A DNA stretch of 64,000 bases from Nitrospirota bacterium (GCA_963705595.1 CAVPKD010000004.1:451111-515110), one strand, 5' to 3'; counted from the first letter of the stretch, positions 1 through 12,356 are shown. Notes: generated by a model from the letters alone, not told the origin. Program-made: numbers and translations.

Positions 1-26
1 GAGGGGTGGCCGAGCGGCAATAGGCG

Positions 27-980
27 ATGACACAGCAGACTAAAGAGCAGGGGACGCTAGACCGGTTGACCAAGACCCAGGAGATGGTCTATGAACTCAC
101 GGTGGGTGAGGTCATGGCCTCCAAGATGGTTGCCGTAGGGCCGGACCAGACCATGGCGGAGTTCAGGCTCCTCTTGCGTGACAACCGCATCTCCGGGACG
201 CCGGTGGTCGAGAACGGGAAGCTTGTGGGCATGGTCAGCATCGAAGACCTGATCAACGCCCTTTATGATAATGCTATCAATGCTCCCGTCCGGGAGAGGA
301 TGAAAACGAAGGTTGAGTGCCTGTACACCGATGAGCTGCTCGTTCACTGTATTGCCAAGTTTTCCAAATACGGGTATAGGCGGTACCCGGTATTGAACCG
401 CAATGAAGAGCTGGTCGGTATCATCACCAAGGGGAGCATCGTCGAAGGCCTGCTCAAGAAGCTCGAGATCGAATACGAACAGGCCGAGTCAAAGGCATCC
501 CTTACGCGTCAGCGGCCCACGATGCGGAAATTCTTCGAGGACGTATCCGCCGACGAGATCAGCTTCAGCTTTAAGTACAATGTCATTGGTCAGAACTTGA
601 AGGACGCCGGCAAGGCGGCGAGCGAGCTCAAGAACGCGCTCAAGAAACTGGGCGTCTGTCCGCCGCTCCTCAGAAGGATCGGGGTCGCCACGTATGAGGC
701 TGAGATCAACCTCGCCTCGTACACCAAGGGCGGCGAGATCCGGGCCCAGGTGGAGAAGTGGGGGATCATTGTGGAGGCGATCGATACCGGCCCCGGTATT
801 CCTGATATCGAACTGGCGATGCAGCCGGGGTATTCCACAGCGCCCGACTGGGTGCGGGAACTGGGGTTCGGCGCAGGTATGGGGCTGGTGAACATAAAGA
901 AATGCGCCGATGAGATGGATCTGAAATCATCGGTGCCCGACGGAACACACTTGACCATGCAGTTCTATTACACGAGTTGA
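27..980 (+). CDS. CBS-domain pair fused to a GHKL (histidine-kinase-like) ATPase; regulatory protein
   Basis: Intact 317-aa ORF. The N-half has two CBS-like repeats (ISGTPVVENGKLVGMVSIEDL; YRRYPVLNRNEELVGIITKGSI). The C-half has GHKL ATP-lid motifs (DTGPGIPD, GFGAGMGL). Confidence 0.8.
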   Translation: MTQQTKEQGTLDRLTKTQEMVYELTVGEVMASKMVAVGPDQTMAEFRLLLRDNRISGTPVVENGKLVGMVSIEDLINALYDNAINAPVRERMKTKVECLYTDELLVHCIAKFSKYGYRRYPVLNRNEELVGIITKGSIVEGLLKKLEIEYEQAESKASLTRQRPTMRKFFEDVSADEISFSFKYNVIGQNLKDAGKAASELKNALKKLGVCPPLLRRIGVATYEAEINLASYTKGGEIRAQVEKWGIIVEAIDTGPGIPDIELAMQPGYSTAPDWVRELGFGAGMGLVNIKKCADEMDLKSSVPDGTHLTMQFYYTS

Positions 981-993
981 CAGGAACCAGCAA

Positions 994-1345
994 ATGAAAC
1001 TGAATGACCTTGTAAAGGAATTCGGTCTGGAAGTGAAAGCGGGTCCTGGTCACCTTGACCGAGAGGTGACAGGCGGATACGTGAGCGACCTCCTGTCCGA
1101 TGTTCTGGCCCATGCCGAAGATGGGAACATCTGGGTCACGCTCCACATCCACCAGAACATCGTGGCCGTGGCCGTCGCACAAGGGACTGTGCGGCATCAT
1201 CCTGGTCCAGGGCAGGCATCCGGAAAAGGATACGGTCGCCAAGGCCGAGGAAGAGGGCATCCCGATCATGGTGAGCAGCCTTTCGGCCTTCGAACTCGTC
1301 GGTAGATTATACAAGGCAGGAATCCGTGGCGCTGAGGCGGATTAA
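994..1345 (+). pseudogene. DRTGG-domain protein; reading frame broken once as sequenced
   Basis: ORFs 994-1305 and 1100-1345 are colinear halves of one DRTGG-type protein (DREVTGGYVSDLLSDV...HQNIVAVAVA / GIILVQGRHPEKDTVAKAEEEGIPIMV). One extra base near 1185 shifts the frame. Confidence 0.7.
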
Positions 1346-2072
1346 GGCTGACCTGCACGTGCATACGTGTCTGTCTCCCTGCTCCGGCCTTGACATGTCG
1401 CCTCGTGAAGTCGTAAATGCGGCTCTCCAGAGGGGTCTCGACCTGATCGGCGTGTGCGATCATAACTCGGCACAAAACGTTTTGGCCGTCAAGAAGGCGG
1501 GCGAGCGGAACGGGCTGATGGTGCTCGGCGGGATGGAAGTCGCCTCTTCTGAAGAAGCGCACCTCCTGGTGTTCTTCGACGATGACGATGACCTTCTCGG
1601 ATTCCAGGATTATATTTACCAGCATCTGTATGGCAGAAATGACGAGCACGCCTTCGGTCTGCAGGTGATCGCAGACGACGAAGACGGGGTGACCGGTTTC
1701 TGTGACCGGCTTCTGATCGCGGCGACATCGCTCCCGGCCGAAGCAATCGTGGCGGCGGCCCGCGCAGCAAAAAGCGAGAGCCTCGTGATCGCTGCACATG
1801 TGGACCGACAGTCCTTCAGCATCATCGGCCAGCTCGGCTTCATACCTCATGCCCTGGTCCTCGATGCTGTGGAAGTATCGGCGCAGATGACCGTAGACGA
1901 AGCGAAAAAGCGGTTCCCTGATTGCAGGAACTACCCCGTCATAACGGGCTCTGATGCCCACGGTCCTGAGGACATCGGCAAGCGATTTACCTGCTTCACG
2001 GTCGAAGACGGGAGCGTGGCCGAGATCAAAAAGGCACTTACTGGCCGGGACGGCAGGAAGGCGGTCTGCTGA
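1326..2072 (+). CDS. PHP-domain metal-dependent phosphoesterase
   Basis: Intact 248-aa ORF. DLHVHT...SPCS and GVCDHN motifs at the N-terminus. The GTG start overlaps the previous gene. Confidence 0.8.
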   Translation: MALRRIKADLHVHTCLSPCSGLDMSPREVVNAALQRGLDLIGVCDHNSAQNVLAVKKAGERNGLMVLGGMEVASSEEAHLLVFFDDDDDLLGFQDYIYQHLYGRNDEHAFGLQVIADDEDGVTGFCDRLLIAATSLPAEAIVAAARAAKSESLVIAAHVDRQSFSIIGQLGFIPHALVLDAVEVSAQMTVDEAKKRFPDCRNYPVITGSDAHGPEDIGKRFTCFTVEDGSVAEIKKALTGRDGRKAVC

Positions 2073-2076
2073 GGCT

Positions 2077-2611
2077 TTGGAAGACATATCGCTCCATATC
2101 CTCGATATTGCCGAGAACTCGATCCGTGCCGATGCGAAGAGAATAGAGATCATCCTTTCGCTGGATGCGGAGCATGACCTCTTTCGGGTGGAAGTCAACG
2201 ACGACGGCAGGGGGATGGATGCCGAGACGCTCGCAAAGGTCCGGGATCCCTTCTTTACCACGAAGGGAAAGAAGACCGGCTGGGAATCCCGCTTTTGCCC
2301 AGGCAGCTGAACAGACAGGCGGGAACGTCATCCTTGATTCCGCTCCCGGCAAGGGCACACAGGTGTCAGTCACATTCCGATGGAGCCATGTGGACCGGCC
2401 GGCAATCGGCAGTATGGCGGATACACTGCTGACGCTTATCGCAGGCCATCCGGACCGGGATTTTGTGTATGAAGAGCGGGATGGCGACCGGGTTTTCCGG
2501 TTCGACACACGCGAGATCAAGAGCGATCTTGACGGCGTGCCGATCACAGCTCCGGCAGCGCTTGATGCAATCAGGGACTTGCTGAAAGAAAACATTCAAC
2601 AATTTGAATAG
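2077..2611 (+). pseudogene. GHKL/HATPase_c ATP-binding protein; frame broken near 2285
   Basis: Frame of ORF 1954-2310 gives SLHILDIAENSIRA...VEVNDDGRGMD...DPFFTTKG. Frame of ORF 2165-2611 continues with AEQTGGNVILDSAPGKGTQVSVTF. The start (TTG 2077) is uncertain. Confidence 0.65.
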
Positions 2612-2642
2612 TACTATTTCAAATCAGCAGACGAGGTAGACG

Positions 2643-3182
2643 ATGAGTAACGAAGCAGTTGCACAGAAGGAAACAACGGTGCCGGAAAACAGCCCACCGT
2701 GGACATGGGAGTGGACATCATAACGCCGGAGATGTACCGGAAGATCGACGCGATCGTCGAGCGGTACAAGGACAAGCCCGGTTCGCTCATCCCCGTGCTC
2801 CAGCAGGCGCAGGAGGTGTGCGGGTATCTACCGCACATCGTGCAGCGCTACGTCGCGCAGGGGATGAATATGTCGCCGAGCATGGTGTTCGGCGTTGCTA
2901 CCTTCTATTCCTTTTTCACGCTGGTGCCGCGCGGCAAGCACGTCATTCGTGTCTGCCTCGGTACGGCCTGCTATGTGAAGACGGAGCGAAGAGATCCTTG
3001 AAAAGATCAAGGATGAACTGGATCTCGAGGTCGGGGAAGTCACGAGGGACAAAAAATATTCCCTCGAAGCAGTGCGCTGTCTTGGTGCCTGCGGTCTTGC
3101 GCCGGTCGTGGTAATCGGAGCGGACACGTACGGAGACGTGGCGGCCACGAAGGTGATGGATATCGTCAAGAAATATGAATAG
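2643..3182 (+). pseudogene. nuoE: NuoE/HydC-like [2Fe-2S] subunit; about 2 frame breaks
   Basis: ATG 2643 has a GAGGT Shine-Dalgarno. ORF 2699-3001 gives YRKIDAIVERYKDKPGSLIPVLQQAQE...VCLGTACYVK. A third frame continues ...VRCLGACGLAPVV... to the TAG at 3180-3182. Confidence 0.75.
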
Positions 3183-3228
3183 CTGAAGTATAAGATTACA
3201 ACGCACAAGAGCAAGTAAAAGGTGAGAC

Positions 3229-3606
3229 ATGGCAAAGCTGACGATCGCTGATTTAAAAAAGATCAAGGAAGAGTACCATCAAGGACTGCGAGAGGGCGGG
3301 TTTCGGGCCAGGATCACGGTGCATATGGGGACCTGCGGCATCGCAGCAGGCGCCCGAGGCATCATGAATACGGTCATGGAAGAGCTGGCCAAATCCAACC
3401 TGAAGGATGTGGCAATCACCACCTCGGGTTGCGCCGGACTCTGCAGCCAGGAGCCGATGGCCACCATCGAACTTTCCGGAGAGCCTCCGGTGAAATATAT
3501 CTCGCTGACCGAAGACAAGATGCGCAAGATCTTCGCCGAACATGTGGTGGGCGGGAAACCAGTCAAGGAGTACGCCCTGGTCGTTGGGCATGAAACTACC
3601 TATTAA
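3229..3606 (+). CDS. thioredoxin-like [2Fe-2S] ferredoxin (HydD-like small subunit)
   Basis: Intact 125-aa ORF with Cys pattern MGTCGIAAG...SGCAGLCSQEP. It sits between the NuoE-like and NuoF-like genes, as in hyd/hnd operons. Confidence 0.75.
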   Translation: MAKLTIADLKKIKEEYHQGLREGGFRARITVHMGTCGIAAGARGIMNTVMEELAKSNLKDVAITTSGCAGLCSQEPMATIELSGEPPVKYISLTEDKMRKIFAEHVVGGKPVKEYALVVGHETTY

Positions 3607-5462
3607 TTGATGGGGAACAATACCGTGGAGACAGCATACCGTTCAAACATAATGATCTGCGCAGGCACGGGCTGCGTGGCAAACGGCTCGCTCAAGGTGA
3701 AGGACGCGCTCGAGACCGAGCTAATCAAGCGAAACCTCCAGAACGAGATCAAGATCGTGCTGACCGGGTGCAACGGGTTCTGCGCCAAGGGCCCGGTCAT
3801 GGTGGTCTATCCCGAGGACATCTTCTATCAGCTTGTGAAGCCCGAAGACGTGCCTCATCTCGTTGAAGAGCACTTTATCAAGGGGCGGCCGGTCCAGAAG
3901 TTCCTCTACACGCCGCCGGCGCAGAAAGACGCGATCCCGGTGATGAACGAAATCCCGTTCTTCAAGCACCAGGTGCTGCGTGCGCTCAGGAACCGGAGCC
4001 TCATCGACGCCGAGAAGATCGAGGAGTACATTGCCCGCGACGGCTATATGGCCGCGGCCAAGGCGCTCACCGAGATGACGCCCGAGCAGATCGTGAGCTG
4101 AAGTGAAAAAATCGGGCCTCCGCGGACAGGGGCGGCGCGGGATTTCTGACAGGCCTCAAGTGGGAACTCTGCGCCCGCGTCTCCGGCGAGATCAAATATA
4201 TTCTGTGCAACGGCGACGAAGGCGACCCCGGTGCGTTCATGGACCGCAGCGTCATGGAGGCGGACCCCCATTCCGTGCTCGAGGGCATGATCATCGCCGC
4301 CAAGGCGATCAACGCCCACTACGGCTATATCTATGTACGGGCCGAGTATCCGCTGGCCGTGCACCGACTCCAGCTCGCCATTGAGCAGGCCAAGGATACG
4401 GGGCCTTCTGGGACAAGACATCCTCGGCACCGGGTTCGACCTCGATATCGAGATCTATCAGGGCGCCGGCGCGTTCGTGTGCGGCGAAGAAACGGCGCTC
4501 ATGGCGTCCATCGAGGGCAAGCGCGGCATGCCGCGGGCCAAGCCGCCGTTCCCCGCGGTCAAGGGCCTGTGGAGCGTCCGTCGGTGCTGAACAACGTCGA
4601 GACCTTCGCGAACGTACCGCCGATCATCCTGAACGGCGCCGACTGGTTCTCGAGCCTCGGGACGGAGAAGAGCAAGGGTACGAAGGTGTTCGCGCTCTCC
4701 GGCGCGCTGAACAATATCGGCCTCGTCGAGGTGCCCATGGGCATCCCGCTCAAGACCATTATCTTCGACATCGGCGGCGGCATCAAGAACAACCGCAAGT
4801 TCAAGGCCGTGCAGATGGGCGGTCCCTCGGGCGGCTGCATACCCCATACGCTCATCGACACGCCGGTGGACTTCGAGAACATCAACAAGACGGGCGCGAT
4901 CATGGGTTCGGGCGGCATGGTGGTGATGGACGAGACCACCTGCATGCCGGCCATGGCGAAGTTCTTCCTCGAGTTCACCGAGGACGAGTCCTGCGGCAAG
5001 TGCGTGCCCTGCCGGATCGGGAACAAGACGCTCCTGTCTATCCTGACCCGCATCACGAACGGCGAGGGCCGCGAGGGCGACATCGAACTGTTGCTTGACC
5101 TTTCCCAGCAGATCAAGGACACCTCGCTTTGCGGTCTGGGCCAGACCTCGCCCAACCCGGTGCTCACCACGATCAAGTATTTCCGGGACGAATATGAGGC
5201 GCATATCAAGGAGCACCGCTGTCCGGCACGGGTCTGCACGCCCCTCGTCAAGTTCGTGGTGGACAAGGACAAATGCAAGAAGTGCGGCCAGTGCTTCAAG
5301 GCCTGTCCGGCCGGGGCGCTCAAGTGGGAAAAAGGCCAGGTCGCCTACATCGATCCGGAAAAGTGCACAAAGTGCAAATCCTGCATCAAGGCGTGCGGTT
5401 CTGGTCGATCGATTAAAAAAAAACAATTTACCGCAGAGAACGCAGTGGAAACGAGGAAATAA
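3607..5462 (+). pseudogene. nuoF: NuoF/HydB-like NADH-binding flavoprotein subunit with extra N-terminal [2Fe-2S] and C-terminal 2x[4Fe-4S] domains; about 4 frame breaks
   Basis: ORFs 3607-4101, 4239-5462 and 4333-4590 plus a short bridging frame are colinear. Motifs: CAGTGC..CNGFC; GLRGRGGAGF (after removing one base at about 4127); [13 protein letters not shown]; ESCGKCVPCR; CKKCGQCFKACP; CTKCKSCIKAC. Confidence 0.85.
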
Positions 5463-5514
5463 ATAAAGGTGTGTTCCTCCGGCGTTCAATACGGTTTAAA
5501 AAGGTAAAAAACAT

Positions 5515-7709
5515 ATGCAAAAGATGACGGTAACAGTTGACGGGAAAAAAGTAGAAGTGCCTCATCGGTGCGACGATTCTCGAAGCCGCGAACGCAGCAG
5601 GGTCTCGGGTGCCGACCTTGTGCCACGACAACAAGCTCCATCCCTTCGGCGCGTGCAGGGTCTGTATCGTCGAAGTGGAAGGCACACCGCGCAAGTTCAC
5701 GCCGTCGTGCACGACGCCGGCGACGGACAACATGGTCGTAAAGACCATCATCGCCGTCACTCATCGAGGCGCGGAGGATGGTGCTCGAACTCCTGCTGAT
5801 CAAGCATCCTCTCGACTGCCCGGTCTGCGACAAGGCAGGCGAGTGTCAGCTCCAGGACCTCGTGCACGAGTACGGGCTCGGCCAGAGCAGGTTCGATGCG
5901 GAGAAAGGATATCTGCCTCCGGATTATGAGAGTGCGATCATCGAACGCAACATCAGCCGCTGCATCCTCTGCGGCAAGTGCGTCAGGATCTGCGACGAAC
6001 AGAACGGAGTGGGCGAGTGGGCCTTCACCCGCCGCGGAACGCGGGCGCGCATCAGCACCGACTTCGACCGGCCGCTCGACTGCGAGTTCTGCGGCGAATG
6101 CACCGAGATCTGCCCCGTGGGGGCGCTCACGACGCGCCAGTTCAAGTACAAGGCCCGGTCGTGGAACCTCGAGGGGACCACATCGGTCTGCAACTATTGC
6201 GGCTGCGGCTGCGGCATCATCCTATGAAACCCGCGACGGCAAGATCATGCGGGTGGGCCCGGCACGGAACAACTATCTCTGCACCAAGGGCCGGTTCGGC
6301 TGGGACGCTGTCCATCATAGCGAGCGGCTCACGACGCCGAAGATGCGCGTTGGCGGCGAGCTCGTGGATTGCACCTGGGACGAGGCGCTGTCGGTCGTCG
6401 CGACCAATCTCAAGGTGATCAAGAACAAGCACGGTGCCGAGAAGCATCGGCGGTCTCGGCTCGGTCCGGACAACGAACGAGGACAGCTATGTGTTCCAGA
6501 AGTTCATGCGCACCGTGGTCGGGACGAACAATGTGGACATGCTCGCGAGGCTCAAGGTTCCGAAGGGTCTGAACACAGCATTCTTTTCCGGCGAATTGAG
6601 CCAAGATGGGAGAGCATGACGTGATCCTCGTGCTCGACAAGAACGTGGGCGAGATCAATCCGCTCACCGGCATCGAGATCGTGCGTGCCGTGAACAAGAA
6701 GGAACGGAAGCTGATCCTCGTGAACGATGAGTTTAACAAGTTTAACAAGATCGCGTCCGTTGTAATGCCTGCGAGCACTGACCAGGCGCTCGAAGAGCTG
6801 CGTCGCAGCGTTCTCTTCCTCAGCTGGAAGCGGCGGCCGCAAAACAGGCGGCTGATACTCCTGAAGAGCTGCCAAGAGCGTTGCGATCATCGTTCCCGGC
6901 TCAGCTGACAGACAGGGAATTCTGCCAGTATCAAGGAACTGGCGCGGACAGCTCAAGAATGTCACCTACTATCCCCTTGTCCGGCGGAGCAACTTCCAGG
7001 GATCGCTTGATATGGGTGTAATGCCCGACTTATTATCCGGGCTACCGCAAGGTCGATACGGAGACCACCGCTGCCTTGGCCGGCGCGTGGAACGCGATCC
7101 TGCCGGAGAACACCGGCATGAATGCCGTCGAGATGATCAACGCGATCAAGACCGGCAAGCTTGCTGCGCTCTATATCATGGGTGACGATCCGGTAGGGAG
7201 CGACCCGGGCCTCAAGCCGATACTTCGAGAAGCTTGAGTTTCTCGTGGTCCAGGACATCTTCATGACCGAGACCGCGAAGCTTGCCGATGTGGTGCTGCC
7301 GGCCGCGGCAGTTCGGCGGAGAAGACCGGGACGTTCACCAACCTTGAGCGCAGGCTCCAGCAGCTGAACAAGGCCGAAGAGCCTGTCGGCGAATCACGGC
7401 CCGACTGGGAGATCATCCAGGAGCATTGCGAAGCGGATGGGCGGGTCCATGCACTATGCATCGGTCCGGGACATCATGAAGCGAGATCAGGACCGTCGTG
7501 CCCCTGTACGCGCGACCTCGCAATCGGCGCATGCTGGCCGCGGGAAAAGTCGCCACTTGACCGACACGGACGTCGACCTCTCGCTGGCGTCGGACTCGAT
7601 CATGAAGCAGGAAGTGATCACTGCCGAGCGGTTGTTGTTCTCGTCAGGCATGACGATCACCCGCTCTAAGGAAATAGGGACCATACGGCATATTAAGATC
7701 GAAGTGTAG
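5515..7709 (+). pseudogene. nuoG: NuoG-like subunit (N-terminal [2Fe-2S]/[4Fe-4S] domains plus molybdopterin-oxidoreductase fold); many frame breaks
   Basis: Colinear fragments in all three frames: TVDGKKVEV.., CHDNKLHPFGACRVCIVEVEG, HPLDCPVCDKAGECQLQD, CILCGKCVRIC, CEFCGECTEICPVGAL, CNYCGCGCG, then RDGKIMRV...CTKGRFGWD...NEDSYVFQKF. It ends ...GTIRHIKIEV. Confidence 0.8.
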
Positions 7710-7718
7710 GAGCTGAAC

Positions 7719-8811
7719 ATGCCCGATATGCATCAGATACTGAATATTGTTTATACGCTTCGTTATTCCCGTCCTGGCGCTGCTGGCCTTCATTCTGGCC
7801 AACGCCATGTATCTTCAATTGATGGAGCGCAAGGTGCTTGCGCACATGCAGGGACGTCTCGGACCGATGCGGACGGGCTGGCACGGGATTCTTCAGCCGA
7901 TCGCGGACGCCGTCAAGTTCATGCATGAAAGAGGACATCATCCCGGCCAAGGCCGACAAGTGGGTGTTCAGCATTGCGCCGCTCATCCTGCTCGTCATGG
8001 CCTTCGGCGCCTTCGTTGCACTGCCCTTCGGCCCTCTGACAAACTTCTACGGGCTCCTCTCCCAGAAAGTCCCTCTCTGGGTGTCGAACCTGAACATCGG
8101 CGTGCTCTACATCCTCGCGCTTGTCGAGCGTCGGCACGTACGGCGTGATCATGGCGGGCTGGGCCTCGAACAACAAGTATTCGCTCATGGGAGGGTTCCG
8201 TTCCGCAGCGCAGATGATCAGCTATGAGATCCCCATGGCCTTTGCCATCGTCACCGTGGTGCTCATGGCCGGATCGCTGAACCTCTCCGACATCGTGAAC
8301 GCCCAGACCCACCGGTGGTTCATTGTGGCGCTGCCGGTCGGACCCGTGGCCTTCTTCCTCTATCTTATTCGCCGGTATCGCCGAGACGAACCGCGTGCCC
8401 TTTGATCTGCCCGAGGCAGAGAGCGAGCTCGTGGCCGGGTACTTTACCGAGTACAGCGGCATCCGGTTCGGCTTGTTCTACATGGCGGAATACATGAACA
8501 TGATGGTCGTGTCGCTGCTGGCGAGCATCATGTTCCTGGGCGGCTGGCTGCCGGTCCAGATACTTCCCAGCACGGCCTCGGTCATTTCGCCCCGATAGCC
8601 TTGATCAACACGGTGCTGGCCGCCATTACCGCCGACGCTCTGGCTTCTTGCGAAACTGTACTTCTTCATCTTTTTCTACATGTGGCTGCGGGCCACGCTG
8701 CCCCGGTACCGCTATGACCAGCTCATGGCGATCTCCTGGAAGATGCTTCTGCCGCTTTCACTCGGGACGCTGCTGGTGGCGGCTGGCATGAAGCAGGTGG
8801 GATGGCTGTAG
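7719..8811 (+). pseudogene. nuoH: NADH-quinone oxidoreductase subunit H; several frame breaks
   Basis: AGGAG Shine-Dalgarno before ATG 7719. Fragments: [31 protein letters not shown]; [26 protein letters not shown]; [27 protein letters not shown]; [10 protein letters not shown]. Confidence 0.85.
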
Positions 8812-8854
8812 AAAGATCGGAGGTTGGGCAGTCGGAGTGGGATAGGAGTTGACG

Positions 8855-9326
8855 ATGAACAAACTGAAAAACTGCTCAAAACGATTTTTCTGATCGACAT
8901 AGCGCAAGGGATGGCGTTGACGCTCAAGACCATGCTGACCCCCGGCGATCACCCGGCAGTACCCGACGTTCAAGCGCAAGCCGATCCCCGGGTCGCGCGG
9001 GCTTCATGCCATGCGGCGCGATGAAACGGGAGCGGGAGCATGCATCGGGTGCGGTCTGTGCGAGGCGGTTTGTCCGTCCAAGGCCATTACCGTGGTCACT
9101 TCCGAAGGGCCGGAACACGAGAAGCTGGTGAATTCCGTATGAACTCGACCTGCTCCGGTGCGTGTTCTGCGGTTTCTGCATCGATGCCTGTCCTGTGTCC
9201 GCGATCCTGATGACGCCGGAGTTCGAGCTTGCCTGCTATTCCCGGAAAGATGCCTTCTATACCAAGGATCGTCTGGTCGAGGTGGGTGACCGATATATGG
9301 GCAAAAAGGCGGTAAAAAAGCAATGA
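8855..9326 (+). pseudogene. nuoI: NADH-quinone oxidoreductase subunit I (2x[4Fe-4S]); frame breaks
   Basis: AGGAG sits 6 nt before ATG 8855. Fragments: FLIDIAQGMALTLKTM, CIGCGLCEAVCP and CVFCGFCIDACP are readable across frames. The stop overlaps the nuoJ ATG (ATGA at 9323-9326). Confidence 0.8.
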
Positions 9327-9836
9327 TCAATAAACTGATCTTTCTCTATTTTGCCGGCGTGATGCTCGTATCGGCTATTCTCATGATCACGCGCAGGAAT
9401 CCCATCCACAGCGTGTTGTTCATGCTGCTGCTTTTCTTCCACATTGCGGGGGTGTTTGTCCTGCTCAATGCCGAGTTCCTGGCTGCGGTGCAGCTCATCG
9501 TGTACGCCGGCGCCATCCTGATCCTCTACCTCTTCGTGGTGATGCTCCTGAACGTGGACAAGGAGAGCACGGCGGCCCGGGCAAACCGGTTCTGGCCCTG
9601 GATGACCGCGTTCGGAATCCTCGATTGCCGGTGAGATCGTGCTCCTTGTTTCGCGCGGCACGTTCCCCGCTGATGCTGGAGAGCAGCCTATGAGGCTTGC
9701 CTCCGCCGGCGTAGGCGCTCTGGGGATGGAGCTCTACACAAAGTATCTGCTGCCGTTCGAGATCGCATCCATCATGCTTCTGGTAGGGCTGGTCGGCGCA
9801 GTCATGCTGGCGAAGAAGATAAGAACGAAGAAGTAG
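9323..9836 (+). pseudogene. nuoJ: NADH-quinone oxidoreductase subunit J; one frame break near 9630
   Basis: ORFs 9323-9634 and 9639-9836 are colinear (NPIHSVLFMLLLFF..AEFLAAVQLIVYAGAILILYLFVVML / YLLPFEIASIMLLVGLVGAVMLAK). Confidence 0.8.
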
Positions 9837-9907
9837 CAGAAGCAGATCAGAAGACGGATTATGCGTTCATCCGCTCCGATCTGAATCTGCATTGATTTGG
9901 AGGTTCT

Positions 9908-10214
9908 ATGATTCCCTTGTCCTGGTATGTAATCCTGAGTGCCGCGCTGTTCACCATCGGCGTGGTCGGCGTGCTTTCACGAGACGCAAGTATCTTCATC
10001 ATTCTGATGTCCATCGAGCTTATGCTGAACGCGGCGAATATCAATCTGATAGCGTTCTCACATTATCTGCAGTCTCTTACCGGCCAGATATTCGTGATCT
10101 TCGTCATCACCGTGGCGGCGGCCGAGGCCGCCGTGGCGCTCGCGATCATCATTCTGCATCGCGCGAAACCGCGGGAGCGTCTACGTGGATGAGTTCAATA
10201 TCATGAAAGGATAA
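9908..10214 (+). pseudogene. nuoK: NADH-quinone oxidoreductase subunit K; frame break near 10170
   Basis: ORF 9908-10192 ([19 protein letters not shown]...[13 protein letters not shown]). The family-typical C-terminus [14 protein letters not shown] reads in another frame, ending at the TAA at 10212-10214. Confidence 0.85.
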
Positions 10215-10327
10215 GCAGGCAAAAAACTCAGAGCACGAAATTCATAAATCCTGAACCGCGGTAAGGGTGATCCGTATTTGCTTGGATCTTAGAGATGTAG
10301 GATTCCGGATTTATATCTTCGAGGTGC

Positions 10328-12281
10328 ATGACTATGCTCAAATACGCACTGATACCGCTCCTGCCGTTCGCCGGCTTCCTGATCGCAGGACTGTTCGGCA
10401 AATATCTCAAGGAGAAGGCGGCATACGTCGCCATCGCCGGCGTGATCGGCGCGTTCCTCCTCTCCGTCAGCGCGTTCCTCGATGTGCTCGGCGGGACGAT
10501 CATCAATGAGAACCTCTATTCCTGGATCTCCATCGGGACCCTCTACGGTGAACGTAGGTTTCCAGATCGACCAGCTGACCGCGGTGATGCTCCTCGTGGT
10601 GACCACGCTCAGCTCCCTCATCCATATCTACTCCGTGGGCTACATGCACGGCGACAAGGGCTATCGCCCGGTTCTTCGCCTACCTGGCGCTCTTCACGTT
10701 CTTCATGCTCGTGCTGGTGATGGCCAACAACTTTCTGCGTCATGTTCGTCGGCTGGGAAGGCGTGGGTCTCTGCTCCTATCTCCTGATCGGTTTCTGGTA
10801 TGAGAAAAAATCCGCCTCCGACGCCGGGCGTCAAGGCCTTTGTCGTGAACCGCGTGGGCGACTTCGGGTTCGTGCTCGCCGATGCTGCTCATCTTTCGTC
10901 ACCTTCGGCACCTTGAATTTCACCGAGGTTTTTGCGGCCGCTGTCCGGTCCGGCGGTAAAGCCAGAGCTATCCACCTGTTCGGCGGCGAGATCAGCGTCA
11001 TCACGCTCATCGCGCTTCTCCTGTTCCTCGGCGCGACGGGCAAGTCCGCACAGCTTCCGCTCTATGTCTGGCTGCCGGACGCCATGGAAGGCCCGACGCC
11101 GGTCAGCGCCCTGATCCACGCCGCGACCATGGTCACCGCGGGCGTGTTCATGGTCGCGCGCTGCGCGCCGATCTTCTCGCTCTCCGAGACGGCGATGAAC
11201 GTCGTGGCGATCGTCGGCGGTCTGACCGCCGTCTTTGCCGCGACCATCGGCCTGGTGCAGAACGACATCAAGCGCGTGATCGCCTATTCCACGATCAGCC
11301 AGCTCGGGTACATGTTCCTCGGCGCTCGGGGTGGGGGCCTTCTCCGCCGGCATCTTCCATCTCACGACGCATGCCTTCTTCAAGGGCCTCCTGTTCCTGG
11401 CCTCGGGCAGCGTCATCCACGCCCTCTCCGGGCGAGCAGGACATGCGCAAGATGGGCGCGCTCAAGTCCAAGATCAAGATCACCCATCTGCGTTTTCATC
11501 ATCGGTTCTCTGGCGCTGGCCGGCATTTTCCCGTTCGCGGGATTCTTCAGCAAGGACGAGATCCTCTGGAGCGCGTATAAGCTCTTCGGGTGTGGGGCGG
11601 GCGCTCTGGATCCTCGGCGTGGCAGGCGCGTTCATGACGGCATTCTATTCGTTCCGGCTGATCTACCTGACGTTCTATGGCAAATCACGCGTAGACCACG
11701 AGGTTGAGCACCATGTACATGAGTCGCCGAAGGTCATGACCGTCCCGCTCATGATCCTGGCGTTCTTCTCGGTGACCATCGGATGGATCGGCATGCCGGG
11801 CGCGATCATCCCCCATGCGAACCTCTTCGGGGACTTTCTCGCGCCGCTCTTTCCCGCATGTCGAACATGCCGGCGCCGAGAGTCACGGCATGGAGCTTGG
11901 TCTGATGCTCTTCTCGGTCCTGGTCGCGCTCGCCGGCATCAGGCTGGCCTATTCGCTGTATGTGAAAAACACGTCGCTTCCCGGACCGCATCGCTGACAA
12001 GTTCAAGGGTGTCTACAACCTGCTCCTCAACAAGTATAAGGTTGACGAGATCTACAATTACATCTTCGTCGACGGTCTGGTCCACAAGCTCGCAAAGGTT
12101 CCTGTACACAATCGGGGACGTCAAGATCATCGATGGTTTTATCAACTGGTTCGCCGGCGCCATCGGCAGCACGAGCCAGAGCGGCAAGAAGCTCCAGACC
12201 GGGTATGTGCAGCAGTATGCATTCACCATGGGCCTCGGCCTTGTGGTGCTGGTCGGATTGTACTATGTATTAATAAATTAA
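10328..12281 (+). pseudogene. nuoL: NADH-quinone oxidoreductase subunit L; several frame breaks
   Basis: Colinear fragments: WEGVGLCSYLLIGFWYEKKSASDAG; LPLYVWLPDAMEGPTPVSALIHAATMVTAGVFMVAR; HAFFKGLLFLASGSVIHA. The C-terminal part is intact to 12281. Confidence 0.85.
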
Positions 12282-12356
12282 AAGTACTGAGTGCAAAGCA
12301 CAACGCGAAGGTTACAAAGTTCAGACGTTGCATCGTAAACAAAGGAGCCTGATTCC

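Noticed and set aside
1266-2261. 331-aa minus-strand ORF antisense to the PHP and GHKL genes. Similar long antisense ORFs lie at 4458-5489, 12765-13931, 25017-26012, 26451-27467 and 27464-28396.
   Set aside because: All lie opposite genes with clear family motifs in GC-rich DNA. Their products are low-complexity and Arg/Ala/Gly/His-rich, with no recognisable domains. These are typical shadow ORFs.
6225-6227. In-frame TGA inside the NuoG-like / molybdopterin gene, considered as a possible selenocysteine codon.
   Set aside because: The homologous sequence continues in a different frame right here (..CGCGCG.. then YETRDGKIMRV). This is a frameshift, not a recoded stop. It is also not at the Mo-ligand position.
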